From: Nitrosopumilus sp.
GTDB taxonomy: Archaea; Thermoproteota; Nitrososphaeria; Nitrososphaerales; Nitrosopumilaceae
Reading direction: 5' to 3'
DNA length: 64,000 nucleotides
Assembly (NCBI GenBank): GCA_965197525.1
Contig: OZ240211.1
Span: forward strand, 1,536,001 to 1,600,000
Of the stretch, positions 42,079 to 51,834 are shown piece by piece. Numbering within the stretch: the stretch's first letter is position 1; each line of letters begins with the position of its first letter. The notes under the pieces are model-generated. The model had not been told where the DNA came from. It ran no database searches and saw only the letters and a program-made list of their open reading frames with translations. The translations under genes were made by a program, and so were the position numbers.

Positions 42079-42366
42079 TCTCTCACTTATTCTAGTGAAT
42101 ATACACGTCATAATTTATGAATACCAAGTAGTTTATCCATCATTAATATTATCGCACCCTGTTTCCATTCAACACCCTATTGATCTATTCTCCGAGCGAT
42201 TCGATCTTGTAATTTAAGAGAAGTTTTTTTTGTGCAAGATAATATATGTCGTAATTCTTGATATACAACGATTTATTCATAAATGAGGGGGTTCTTTGCC
42301 TATTTTTTTAAAAATTTTCCTATCGTGAGACTTAATAATTACATAATACAATCAACTTTAGAAACT

Positions 42367-44547
42367 ATGAAACGATATTATGCTTTAGGACTCTTGCTTT
42401 TTCTAACATTTACTATTGGCATGGTGCCTAGTAGTATATTTGCCAATGTGTCCCTTGATTCTGACGGCGATGGGGTGCCAAATAATGCTGATTTGTGTCC
42501 TCATCTTTTAGAGGACTATGATCCACAATATGGTAATAATATTGACGGTTGTCCTGCAGATTTTATTCCTTGGTATGATTATGACTATGATGGCATACCC
42601 GATCACATTGATAAATGCCCAGCTGTGAGAGAAACTCACAATAGATTCCAAGACGAAGACGGCTGTCCTGATATACTGCCTAGTGATGCAAGGGGTACAC
42701 CTGACACTGACGCTGATGGTTATAATGACTTTGTAGACCTATGTCCAACCCGATCTGAGACATTTAACGGAATTGATGATCTAGACGGCTGTCCTGACGA
42801 AGCTTTTACTTTGAAGGATGATGATCAAGATGGAATTTCAAACTCCATGGATGTATGTATATCACAACCTGAAACTCACAACTTGTACTTGGATGAAGAC
42901 GGCTGTCCTGACACTGTTGATACGTCTAGTTCTACATACATATTTCCTGATGATGACGGTGATGGCATAGATGATAGATGGGACCAATGTCTGGATGAGG
43001 CAGAAAATTATAACGAATTCTTGGATTGGGATGGCTGTATTGATGTACTAGGTTCGCCTTCTAACCCTCTTATTGATTCAGACTATGATAGTATTCTTGA
43101 TTCAGTCGACGCATGTCCGCTAGAGCGTGAAAATTATAATCGTTTCCAAGATGAGGATGGCTGTCCTGATCAGCTTGTGTTTATAACTGCAGGTGATTAT
43201 GATGGTGATGGAGTACCAAACGATGTTGATCTATGTCCTTACTATAAAGAAGTCTACAATTTGTTCCAAGACGAAGATGGCTGTCCTGATTCTGTCGCAA
43301 ATGGCTTTGTAACTCATGACTCTGATGGTGATGGAATTGTTGATAATCTGGACTTGTGTCCAACTCAACCTGAGACATTCAACGGATTCCAAGATAGTGA
43401 CGGATGTCCTGATAAACATACATCTACTGTGGACGCCGACTTTGACGGCATTTTAGATATTTTAGATCAGTGTCCATTAGAACCTGAAATATACAATCAG
43501 TTCCAAGACACAGACGGCTGTCCTGACGATGTATCTGAACCCTCATCTATTCTTACCTTCATTTATGATGATGCTGATAATGATGGAATAGATGATAGGT
43601 GGGACCAATGTCTGGGCGAGGCAGAAAATTATAATGGATTTTTAGATACTGATGGTTGTATTGATGTTCGTGGATTTACTCAACCTGCATTACTTGACTC
43701 TGACTATGATTTTATCCCAGATGTATATGATGAATGCCCAACTCTAGCTGAGAGATACAATCAATTCCAAGACGAGGATGGCTGTCCTGATGCTACGTCC
43801 TATGATTCCGTATCTGATACTGATCGTGATGGAATACCAAACCATCTTGATCAATGTATATTGATTCAAGAGACTTATAATAGATATCTTGATGAAGACG
43901 GCTGTCCTGACGGCATTACTGATACTCGCTCTTCTTTTGATAGTGACAATGACGGAATCATTGATAACGTAGATTATTGTCCAACCCAGCCTGAGACATT
44001 TAACGGATTCCAAGACGAGGATGGCTGTCCTGATCGTTTACTCTCTGTACTTGACTCTGATTCTGATGGACTCACAGACGGTCTTGATATGTGTCCATTC
44101 GAGCCTGAAATATACAATCAATTCCAAGACGAGGATGGCTGTCCTGACGATGTAGCTGACCCTGCTAGTTCAGAATATCAATTTTTAGATACTGACGGTG
44201 ACGGTATTGAGGATAGATGGGATCAATGTGTTACTGAAGTAGAGACCTATAACGATTATGTAGATACTGATGGCTGTCCTGATGTTATACCTGCAGAACC
44301 TATTGATGTCCCAAACCGTGATATTGATAACGATGGTTACTATAACGAAGTTGATCAATGTCCACAAAGTCCTGAAACATGGAATAAATACAATGATCAC
44401 GACGGCTGTCCTGATGTCATTCCTGAACAGCGACGATTCATCCATGATGCCGATCTAGACGATATTCTTAACAGCTATGATGCTTGCCCTCTAGATCCTG
44501 AAGATTACGACGGCGATAGAGACACTGACGGCTGTCCTGACAATTAA
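42367..44547 (+). CDS. Secreted thrombospondin type-3 repeat protein, 17 repeats (paralog of the upstream gene)
   Basis: Signal peptide from ATG 42367; same repeat order as 39898-42078. Confidence 0.92.
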   Translation: MKRYYALGLLLFLTFTIGMVPSSIFANVSLDSDGDGVPNNADLCPHLLEDYDPQYGNNIDGCPADFIPWYDYDYDGIPDHIDKCPAVRETHNRFQDEDGCPDILPSDARGTPDTDADGYNDFVDLCPTRSETFNGIDDLDGCPDEAFTLKDDDQDGISNSMDVCISQPETHNLYLDEDGCPDTVDTSSSTYIFPDDDGDGIDDRWDQCLDEAENYNEFLDWDGCIDVLGSPSNPLIDSDYDSILDSVDACPLERENYNRFQDEDGCPDQLVFITAGDYDGDGVPNDVDLCPYYKEVYNLFQDEDGCPDSVANGFVTHDSDGDGIVDNLDLCPTQPETFNGFQDSDGCPDKHTSTVDADFDGILDILDQCPLEPEIYNQFQDTDGCPDDVSEPSSILTFIYDDADNDGIDDRWDQCLGEAENYNGFLDTDGCIDVRGFTQPALLDSDYDFIPDVYDECPTLAERYNQFQDEDGCPDATSYDSVSDTDRDGIPNHLDQCILIQETYNRYLDEDGCPDGITDTRSSFDSDNDGIIDNVDYCPTQPETFNGFQDEDGCPDRLLSVLDSDSDGLTDGLDMCPFEPEIYNQFQDEDGCPDDVADPASSEYQFLDTDGDGIEDRWDQCVTEVETYNDYVDTDGCPDVIPAEPIDVPNRDIDNDGYYNEVDQCPQSPETWNKYNDHDGCPDVIPEQRRFIHDADLDDILNSYDACPLDPEDYDGDRDTDGCPDN

Positions 44548-44601
44548 ACCACTTGGACAATTTTTGAAATAGTAAATATACCCGGTTTGTAAATCTGTTT
44601 T

Positions 44602-45561
44602 ATGCTTCCAAAATTTTCTAGCAAGGCATTTTTAGCTCCTATGGCAGGGGTTAGTGATCCTGCCTTGCGGCTACAGTGTAAAATAATGGGAGCTGGATTG
44701 GTGGTTACGGAATTTACTAGTATACACAGTATTGTTGCACGTGAACAGCAACTCGAAGAGATGCAGACAATACAACAATTTATTGAATATTCTGATCAAG
44801 AGCGCCCACTCTCAATCCAATTGTTTGGTTCAAATCTGGCAGCTTTGGAGGAGGCTGCTAAAATTGTAGAACCGCATTTTGATATAATTGACTATAACAT
44901 GGGGTGTCCTGCACCTCATATAACCAGTCAAATGGCAGGAGGGGCACTCTTACAACAGGCTAATCTGACTCGTCAAATATTTTATACTCTTGTAAATGCC
45001 GTAAAGAAACCTGTAACCCTCAAAATTCGTTCCGGTGTAACTAGTGCAAGCAAATTTCTATTTCGAGATATCGCTGAAATTGCAGAAGAAGAAGGAATAC
45101 AAATGATTACACTACATCCCAGAACAGTAAGCCAGGGATATTCTGGCCACGCTGATTGGAAGATGATCAAAGAACTCAAAGAAGTTTCTAGCATCCCGAT
45201 TGTTGGGAATGGTGACATTACTACTCCTGAACATGCTAAAGCTATGATGGATGAAACTAATTGTGATTATGTGATGATAGGACGCGGTGCTATGGGCAAT
45301 CCATTCTTATTTGAGCAGATTAATGACTATCTTGAAACTAACTTTTACACTGAGTACTCGTTTAAAGATAAGTTGAATGCTTTTTTTGACTATCTTCGTC
45401 TTACTAGTCAATACAAGATAAAATTTGCAAATATCAAAGGTCAGGCAATGCGATTTACTAGAGGAGTGCCGGGTGCCTCTAAATTACGTTCACAAATTAC
45501 TGTTTCAGCCAGTGTTGAAGAATTAGAGAAGATTATGACCGATGCATGTTATTTATCTTAG
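44602..45561 (+). CDS. dus: tRNA-dihydrouridine synthase family protein
   Basis: LAPMAGVSD, QLFGS, IDYNMGCP, TLKIR, HPRT, GNGDI, VMIGRGAMGNP. Confidence 0.93.
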   Translation: MLPKFSSKAFLAPMAGVSDPALRLQCKIMGAGLVVTEFTSIHSIVAREQQLEEMQTIQQFIEYSDQERPLSIQLFGSNLAALEEAAKIVEPHFDIIDYNMGCPAPHITSQMAGGALLQQANLTRQIFYTLVNAVKKPVTLKIRSGVTSASKFLFRDIAEIAEEEGIQMITLHPRTVSQGYSGHADWKMIKELKEVSSIPIVGNGDITTPEHAKAMMDETNCDYVMIGRGAMGNPFLFEQINDYLETNFYTEYSFKDKLNAFFDYLRLTSQYKIKFANIKGQAMRFTRGVPGASKLRSQITVSASVEELEKIMTDACYLS

Positions 45562-45618
45562 GTTCTGTTAATTAGTGGGTTGTTGGAAGGTCAGAACGCC
45601 CGATAAGTTAACAGAACC
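45561..45618. mobile_element. 58-bp MITE with IS6-like ends
   Basis: GGTTCTGTTAA (45561-45571) / TTAACAGAACC (45608-45618); flanks TTATCTTA and TTATCTTC. Confidence 0.75.
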
Positions 45619-45655
45619 TTATCTTCTACTCTGTTCAATATTAGGGAGTTTTCAA

Positions 45656-45780
45656 GAGACTGTAAAGTTAGGGATGTAATTATTACAAGTTTTAAGACTG
45701 TAAAATTCGGGAGGTATATCGTGATCTGTTTTGAGACTGTAAAGTTAGGGAGATGACACGTTGTTTGGCTTGAGACTGTT
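45656..45780 (+). repeat. Left-end array of 19-bp repeats GAGACTGTAAAGTTAGGGA, 38-39 bp period
   Basis: Copies start at 45656, 45694 (variant), 45733 and 45772 (partial). Confidence 0.85.
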
Positions 45781-45832
45781 ACACTGTTAAAAACACGTCT
45801 TCTTTATAATATAGCCTGATGAGTATTATCTT

Positions 45833-46705
45833 ATGAAACAAATTTCTATTATGATATTAGGTATCATAATAACAGGATCTATGTTTACAGTTTATGCTAT
45901 AGATCAGGCAACAGCACAAGAAAAATTAATTCCAGATTGGATAAAAGGCACTGCTAGTTTTTGGATTAATGATGATATCACAGATTCTGAATTTATACAA
46001 GCTATTGAATTTATGGTCAATAATGGAATAATTAAAATTCCAATGATTCAAAATCTTGAAAATGAATTATCAGTATCAAAAAACAAGATTATAGAGTTAG
46101 AAACGAATACATCAGAATTAAAAACATATACTAGCGTATCTAAAACAACAAAAGATTTCTTAACTTTCAGCGATAAGATTTATGAATTTGGGGATGATCG
46201 TGCCAAAATTGAATATGAAACTCTCATTAAATGTAAATCTGTTGATAATAATTTAAAATTTCTTGAATTTACTAAATGGTTATCATATTATACTAACTAT
46301 ACAGATGATTTGACAATACAGGTTGAGGAACTTACAGAATCATTTGAATCTATATCCATCACTGACGTAACACCAGAAGAAAAGGTTATGCTAAAATATC
46401 TATATGATGAAACTAATCTAATAAATGGTATACACTACAGTGAACTTCAATTTTCCATATATGATGAATTATTAACATGTTTAAATGAAGTTGAGAATAA
46501 ATTTCTAAAAAATCCCAATACACTCACAAATCCAACAACACAAACATGTAATTTGTTTTGTGATTCAAGAGGGTATGAACCACAATGGGCTAAATCAATA
46601 AGTGAAGAAACTGCTTTCAACACATGTATTGATACTATTCCATTAGATAATAGCCCAGACTCTTTATGGTGTGATGAGTTCATTGAATATCTAGTGTTAG
46701 GTTAG
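45833..46705 (+). CDS. Secreted protein with Nitrosopumilus-type IPxWIK domain and C-terminal Cys-rich module
   Basis: Signal peptide; IPDWIKGTASFW...FIQAIEFMVNNGII; CNLFCDSRGYEPQW...WCDEF. Confidence 0.8.
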   Translation: MKQISIMILGIIITGSMFTVYAIDQATAQEKLIPDWIKGTASFWINDDITDSEFIQAIEFMVNNGIIKIPMIQNLENELSVSKNKIIELETNTSELKTYTSVSKTTKDFLTFSDKIYEFGDDRAKIEYETLIKCKSVDNNLKFLEFTKWLSYYTNYTDDLTIQVEELTESFESISITDVTPEEKVMLKYLYDETNLINGIHYSELQFSIYDELLTCLNEVENKFLKNPNTLTNPTTQTCNLFCDSRGYEPQWAKSISEETAFNTCIDTIPLDNSPDSLWCDEFIEYLVLG

Positions 46706-46954
46706 ATATCATCCCTTTCATTTTTTAGGATTTTGAAGAAATAATATCACTGTAAATATGAATACTATTCTTGATGCTATTATTCCTATAGTTATCTTGA
46801 CGACCTATATGATGCGTTAGAGTTGTTACAACTTCTTTGAACCAAGTTGAAATATTTACAAAAGTATCATTTTTGATTAACCACAATTTGTTGTTAACAT
46901 TGGTTACTTTACTGAAAATGTCATTTTTCGCTAACTAAAATACTCTAAAATGAT

Positions 46955-47566
46955 TTACTTTGGCGGCCTCTTACCGTCCATATATTCGATACACCAAGAG
47001 TAGTCTCGATCTTCAGTTATTAAGATGTCTAACATACCTCTATCTGAGTCTTCAATATAGGCAAAACATGTAAACTCGATAACACGCTCAGACTGTCCTT
47101 TGGCCCAGTCCGGTTCCCAGTCTCGTATAATTGATGGTACATTTTTCAATGCCTCTTCATACTCTCGTGCTTCTAGCTCTCTCTCTTCTAGCTCTCTCTC
47201 TTCTAGCTCTCTCTCTTCTCGCTCCCGCTCCCGCTCTTGTGCATACTCTTCATCATAAAATGGATATACAATTACTATAATAACAAACAATAACATTATG
47301 ACAATTATTAACAAACCTGCGATCCATGAATTTGATAGTTTGGCAAACCATGATAATCTATAGAATACGTAAGTACTCAATAATGATATGAGCCAAGTGG
47401 TCATCATGAAGACCGACACATAATCTTTTGAATCAAATGTAAAAATATCGGGTTGAATGGAATGTATATGTATTACATTAGACCCCATAACTGTAGCTAC
47501 CGCAAACGCAAGCAGAAATTTCAAAAATCCACTTTGATGTTTTTCTTCTGCTGTATGAGGAAGCAT
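46955..47566 (-). CDS. Membrane protein with Glu/Arg tandem repeats and Cys/Trp module
   Basis: TM helices; 15-bp repeat x3 at 47171-47215 (ERELE); EPDWAK...C...WCIEY. Confidence 0.65.
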   Translation of the reverse strand: MLPHTAEEKHQSGFLKFLLAFAVATVMGSNVIHIHSIQPDIFTFDSKDYVSVFMMTTWLISLLSTYVFYRLSWFAKLSNSWIAGLLIIVIMLLFVIIVIVYPFYDEEYAQEREREREERELEERELEERELEAREYEEALKNVPSIIRDWEPDWAKGQSERVIEFTCFAYIEDSDRGMLDILITEDRDYSWCIEYMDGKRPPK

Positions 47567-47609
47567 AAATCAAAAAAATGTACCAATTATTTAAAAATTT
47601 AGAAGTCAT

Positions 47610-47748
47610 GGTTCTGTTAACTTGATGAGTGGTAGTTTACCATATGATATTATTGACATCAATTAATACTATAACAGGCATAATCCTACATCAGCGTTAT
47701 ACTCATCCCAGTACAACAACACATAACACCCGTCAAGTTAACAGAGCC
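47610..47748. mobile_element. 139-bp MITE with IS6-like ends
   Basis: GGTTCTGTTAACTTGA (47610-47625) / TCAAGTTAACAGAGCC (47733-47748), 15/16 match; CAT on both flanks. Confidence 0.8.
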
Positions 47749-47749
47749 C

Positions 47750-47890
47750 ATCTTTTTGAAACCTCAAACACTTTTTTGCAATCCATTATCTCACCGTTTA
47801 GGCGTTTCATCTTGTTGCTGTCACGATCTCTCTTCCCTGTAATGTAAACATGTCTAATATAATTTGTCTTCTTTTCAAAACTAAAAAACA
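47750..47890 (-). pseudogene. Fragment of an IS6-like transposase gene
   Basis: FEKKTNYIRHVYITGKRDRDSNKMKRLNGEIMDCKKVF resembles the NNxxERxNGExRDRxKV catalytic-E segment. A 31/33 copy lies at 60148-60180. Confidence 0.55.
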
Positions 47891-47968
47891 GTTTTACACA
47901 AAATAATTTTTACGCCATATCCACATTATTAGACAGGACCCAAATCACCCCAAGCGTTTTTAAAAACA

Positions 47969-48199
47969 TTACTTTATCTTTTGTGTCTTCTTTAACAACT
48001 CATGAGTCATTCCAATCATAACAAATGCTCCGCCAAACAACCCGGCTATAATCCCATATAACAAATTGCCTGTCAACCAGTCCACCATGCATATAAATAG
48101 CAGTATACTAACGAACCCACTAACTAACACTATTACTGCAATACCTACTAGGCTTCCAATACTATTAGCTGTATCATCAAAGGCAGGCATGGCAAACAC
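47969..48199 (-). CDS. Small membrane protein
   Basis: 76 aa, two to three hydrophobic helices. Confidence 0.6.
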   Translation of the reverse strand: MFAMPAFDDTANSIGSLVGIAVIVLVSGFVSILLFICMVDWLTGNLLYGIIAGLFGGAFVMIGMTHELLKKTQKIK

Positions 48200-48283
48200 T
48201 GGAATTGATGCAATATTAAAGTATGAGACATAAACAAAAAGCGTTTCTTTGTTGATTAAAAGTGCTAAATAGTATAGATCAAG

Positions 48284-49312
48284 ATGTATTCTATCAGAAA
48301 AATGAAACTAATTGTCATTGTAATAATTGGGTTAATTATTGTAATCGGAGTACCGATATCACTGATATCATTTTTCATCTATGATGCAGGGCTTAAGGCC
48401 GAGAAGAAAGAGGCAGAATGGCAGGAAAGGGTTGAGGCACATAGGCTTCAAGAAGAGAAACAAGCAGCAGAGAGGTTAGAGGCAGAGGCTGTAGCAGAGA
48501 GGCAAGAGAGGTTAGAGGCAGAGGCTGTAGCAGAGAGGATAAAGGTAGAAAAAGCAAGAGAAAGTGAATCAATCTGTCATGATGAAATAATTAAAGAAAG
48601 AATAGAACAGGCTATCGTTCTTAGTAATCGATTCTATCAAGCGTGTGAACCTGTCCAATATGGATCATATAATGACTTTGTTATATTTTCTGACAAAATG
48701 CAGACTGTTGAAAATCAGATAAATCTTCAAACAAGTTTTCAAGCAATAAATGAAAGCATACTGGACTTGATTATCACAGTTGAAAACAACTGTCAGTATA
48801 CAGAAATACGTGACATAGGTATTGATCTAAAATATGACTTTATTGTAATGAGTTTATGCTTTGAAGAAGTGTATGAGCAGTTTGGAGAATTTCCAGGTAT
48901 GGAATTAGGGGTATGGGATAACGATCATAATCCTCAACATAATACAAACAATAGCCAATGTCATATATTTTGTGATTCAAGAGGATATGAACCCGATTGG
49001 ATAATATATCAAGAAGATCTAGATGATCTTCTAACAACGTGTGTAGATGATGTACCGTTGGATAATAGCCGAGATTCGTTATGGTGTGATGAATTATATG
49101 AATATGCACTTTCGCCAGGCGGAGTTTCCAGCGATTCTAATAGCCAATGTCATATATTTTGTGATATTTACGGATATGAGCCACAATGGGCCAAATCAAT
49201 GGATGTTTATCAAGCAGCTGGAGTATGTATGTCAATCTTTAATAATTCTGAACAGGCAAGTGATGATGATCTATCATGGTGTTATGAACTTGCAGGATAT
49301 CTAGTGGAATGA
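48284..49312 (+). CDS. Membrane-anchored protein with coiled-coil repeat and two Cys-rich modules
   Basis: N-terminal TM; 36-bp duplication (ERLEAEAVAER); CHIFCDSRGYEPDW and CHIFCDIYGYEPQW modules. Confidence 0.8.
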   Translation: MYSIRKMKLIVIVIIGLIIVIGVPISLISFFIYDAGLKAEKKEAEWQERVEAHRLQEEKQAAERLEAEAVAERQERLEAEAVAERIKVEKARESESICHDEIIKERIEQAIVLSNRFYQACEPVQYGSYNDFVIFSDKMQTVENQINLQTSFQAINESILDLIITVENNCQYTEIRDIGIDLKYDFIVMSLCFEEVYEQFGEFPGMELGVWDNDHNPQHNTNNSQCHIFCDSRGYEPDWIIYQEDLDDLLTTCVDDVPLDNSRDSLWCDELYEYALSPGGVSSDSNSQCHIFCDIYGYEPQWAKSMDVYQAAGVCMSIFNNSEQASDDDLSWCYELAGYLVE

Positions 49313-49566
49313 TGTTAATCAAAAATTTAGGCTGTGATTTTGTAAAACGTTTTACAGTGTAAAACATCAACAAATGCGTTTTTTTGTTGATAATTGTCAA
49401 ACAACTCCATAAAAAGTGGAATTAAACAAATTACATAATAATACACTGTTCCAAATTAGAGATATTTCCAGACACTGTTTAATTAGGGACATATACACGG
49501 TCTATTTTAAAATCATTAAAGAAAGCCAAACTAATAACAAGATAAAACATGTTATAAAAAATAGAT

Positions 49567-49833
49567 ATGACGCGCAAACTGATACTCGCACTGCCAATCG
49601 GCATCCTGGTTTGCGCGGCTGCGATATTCTCGATTGAGGAACCGTCTCCAAATCCTTATCTGATGGAACCGGGAAGTTATGCAGGGCTACAATGTTGTAA
49701 CAATCATGAATGCTACGTCGCTCATGACATAGAATGGATGTCCCTTGAAACACATGAGTGTATTCCAAGAGCAGGTGCGGACAAACAACCCATACCCGAC
49801 GAATGGATTTGGCGTGACGATCTTTTAAAATAA
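49567..49833 (+). CDS. Small secreted Cys-containing protein
   Basis: Signal peptide MTRKLILALPIGILVCAAAIF; QCCNNHEC motif. Confidence 0.6.
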   Translation: MTRKLILALPIGILVCAAAIFSIEEPSPNPYLMEPGSYAGLQCCNNHECYVAHDIEWMSLETHECIPRAGADKQPIPDEWIWRDDLLK

Positions 49834-49856
49834 TATCTGAAAAATTATAGATTCTA

Positions 49857-50100
49857 TCAGATATTCCCCATCACATACTCTAACGCAACTCTAAACTCGT
49901 CTAGGGTTATCTGTTTTTTTATTACCAGTGGTGCAAGATCAGTCATGACCCAGGCAGGTATGTCTTCTCCCATGTGACTCAGGCCCATGGCATCCAGCAG
50001 CTGGCCGTCGTCTGCCACCTCGGACTCAAATCCAGACCACGCGCGCAGTACGGACAATGCGCGGTCATAATCTGAGTCATCATCAAAAGTCTCAATCCGC
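49857..50100 (-). pseudogene. Orphan C-terminal domain of a thaumarchaeal surface protein
   Basis: RIETFDDDSDYDRALSVLRAWSGFE...DIPAWVMTDLAPLVIKKQITLDEFRVALEYV. No signal peptide or upstream domain; abuts the end of the HEPN gene. Confidence 0.55.
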
Positions 50101-50125
50101 TATTGGCTTTTCCTAAACTTCTTTT

Positions 50126-51511
50126 TTATTCCTTATTTGTGCAAAGAATATTTTGTGCATTGGAAACAATTCTATTTGCTTCTTCTTGGCAGTATTCCAA
50201 TAAAGATTTGTCTAAAATCTGGATGAAATCGGACTTGGACATATCCATAGTAACTGATACAACAAGTGCTATCCTTAGAATTTCCAATAATTCTTTGATA
50301 AAAGCATCCGGTCCACCATATTTTTTTAGTTTTTCCTCGTCCTTAGATCCAATACAATCGCCATGAACAAATTTACTTCTTATAGTATAGGCATCTTTTA
50401 TCTTGTCTCTTACATTCAGTTGATCTTTACCAAGAAACTTCATAAGGCTTGCGACTCTTAATGACAGCCTGAATGATAACTCCCCACTATCTTGTTGGAG
50501 AAATATACTTTCAAGCCCCATTACAGCATCAGCAATTTTTCGATCTGTAGAACTATTTTTCAGGCAGTCTACATATCTGTTGTAGGCTATTGTAGCAAAT
50601 TTATCTTTTTTTGATAAAGTGTTAGATATTTTTTTAGCATTGTCTTCAAGTGAAGAGAAAAATTTTTTCAAGCATTCTTTATCTGATTGTCTAACGAGGT
50701 AAGTGTGGGCTGCACGTGAATTATCTAACGTTTCTATGTTCATTCCCCCACCCCCAAACCAAGGATCCATTATAACAGAATGCATTTTAAAACGAATATG
50801 TCTGATACTTCCTACACGGAATAATCTTAATATGGATATTATATGTTTAATTCTATTTATTAATTCTATATCAGTTTTGGCATACATCTCCACATCAATA
50901 ATGGCAGTAGGATATTGTTTAGAAACATCACAATCCGCAGGATATGCGGGAAAGTTTTCATTAATGTCCTTTTCAGAAGTTTGCCGAATTTTTATTCCAC
51001 ATCCTAGATTAATAGACGGTTCTTGTAATATTATACCAATCAGTTCTACAGTAGCATAACATGGAAACTTCTCTCCTTTAAGATGTTTTAGTGCATCAGA
51101 TACAATTTTTTTAATTTCTTCACTAGTCCATTCATGCTTGAATGCAGATAGCATAAAAAGTCGTAAAGATACATCAACTGTGTTTTTTGGTAGTTGATAG
51201 TTGTCCAAAATTAATTTTTCAAGCTCTAACACTCGTGGTGATTTTAAAAAATGCTGTGTAACAGTCATATGTAAATCCGACCAATATAAAATAGGATTTT
51301 CTTCTTGTGTCATATTTGTAATTGTTATACCATTATTATGGACACCAGAATCATCATATGTAAAATTACTTACAGTCCATCGATATTGGGAATCCATACT
51401 GTTTGTTTTCAAAGTATCATCGTTTTTGCCATTTTTGATAATCCCAACTATTTCTGTTAAGATTTCAACAAATAATTGATGAACTAGATTGTCCACAGAT
51501 GAAGAAGCCAT
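50126..51511 (-). CDS. ApeA-like HEPN domain protein
   Basis: C-terminal DAVMGLESIF...ELSFRLSLR...AYTIRSKFVHG (Rx4H). Confidence 0.8.
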   Translation of the reverse strand: MASSSVDNLVHQLFVEILTEIVGIIKNGKNDDTLKTNSMDSQYRWTVSNFTYDDSGVHNNGITITNMTQEENPILYWSDLHMTVTQHFLKSPRVLELEKLILDNYQLPKNTVDVSLRLFMLSAFKHEWTSEEIKKIVSDALKHLKGEKFPCYATVELIGIILQEPSINLGCGIKIRQTSEKDINENFPAYPADCDVSKQYPTAIIDVEMYAKTDIELINRIKHIISILRLFRVGSIRHIRFKMHSVIMDPWFGGGGMNIETLDNSRAAHTYLVRQSDKECLKKFFSSLEDNAKKISNTLSKKDKFATIAYNRYVDCLKNSSTDRKIADAVMGLESIFLQQDSGELSFRLSLRVASLMKFLGKDQLNVRDKIKDAYTIRSKFVHGDCIGSKDEEKLKKYGGPDAFIKELLEILRIALVVSVTMDMSKSDFIQILDKSLLEYCQEEANRIVSNAQNILCTNKE

Positions 51512-51834
51512 ATGATAAAGTGTTGTATGCTTTACATATATAGAAATCATTCTTTTCTACTGTTCTGTTAACTTGTTGAGGTATAATTCCTCGTGTTAAC
51601 TGTAGAAGGGTGTTTTTTATAGTCAATTGCGAATCGCATATAACTTGTCATTTAAATCTGCATACGGATTGTTAATCTGCCCTTCCGACATACTCTTTTT
51701 TTCTAATTTATATTCAATATTATCTAGATTCTTGATCACATCCATTATACCTTGAATTAATCAATAATGTTTGCAACGGTATTTCATAATCTCTTGCGAC
51801 TAATAATTATATGTGGTTTTATTGACGGATTTTT

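Noticed and set aside
37913-44458. Many short alternative-frame ORFs in the TSP3 genes
   Set aside because: By-products of the repetitive Asp-rich coding strand.
29118-45561. Clustering of tRNA-modification genes as a special island
   Set aside because: These are core genes with mixed orientation and no shared regulatory signal that I could see; probably ordinary synteny.
45656-45780. CRISPR array call for the 19-bp repeats
   Set aside because: The repeat and ~20-nt spacers are too short, spacers are shared between the two loci, no cas genes are present, and the arrays sit inside inverted element ends. Reported as transposon-end repeats.
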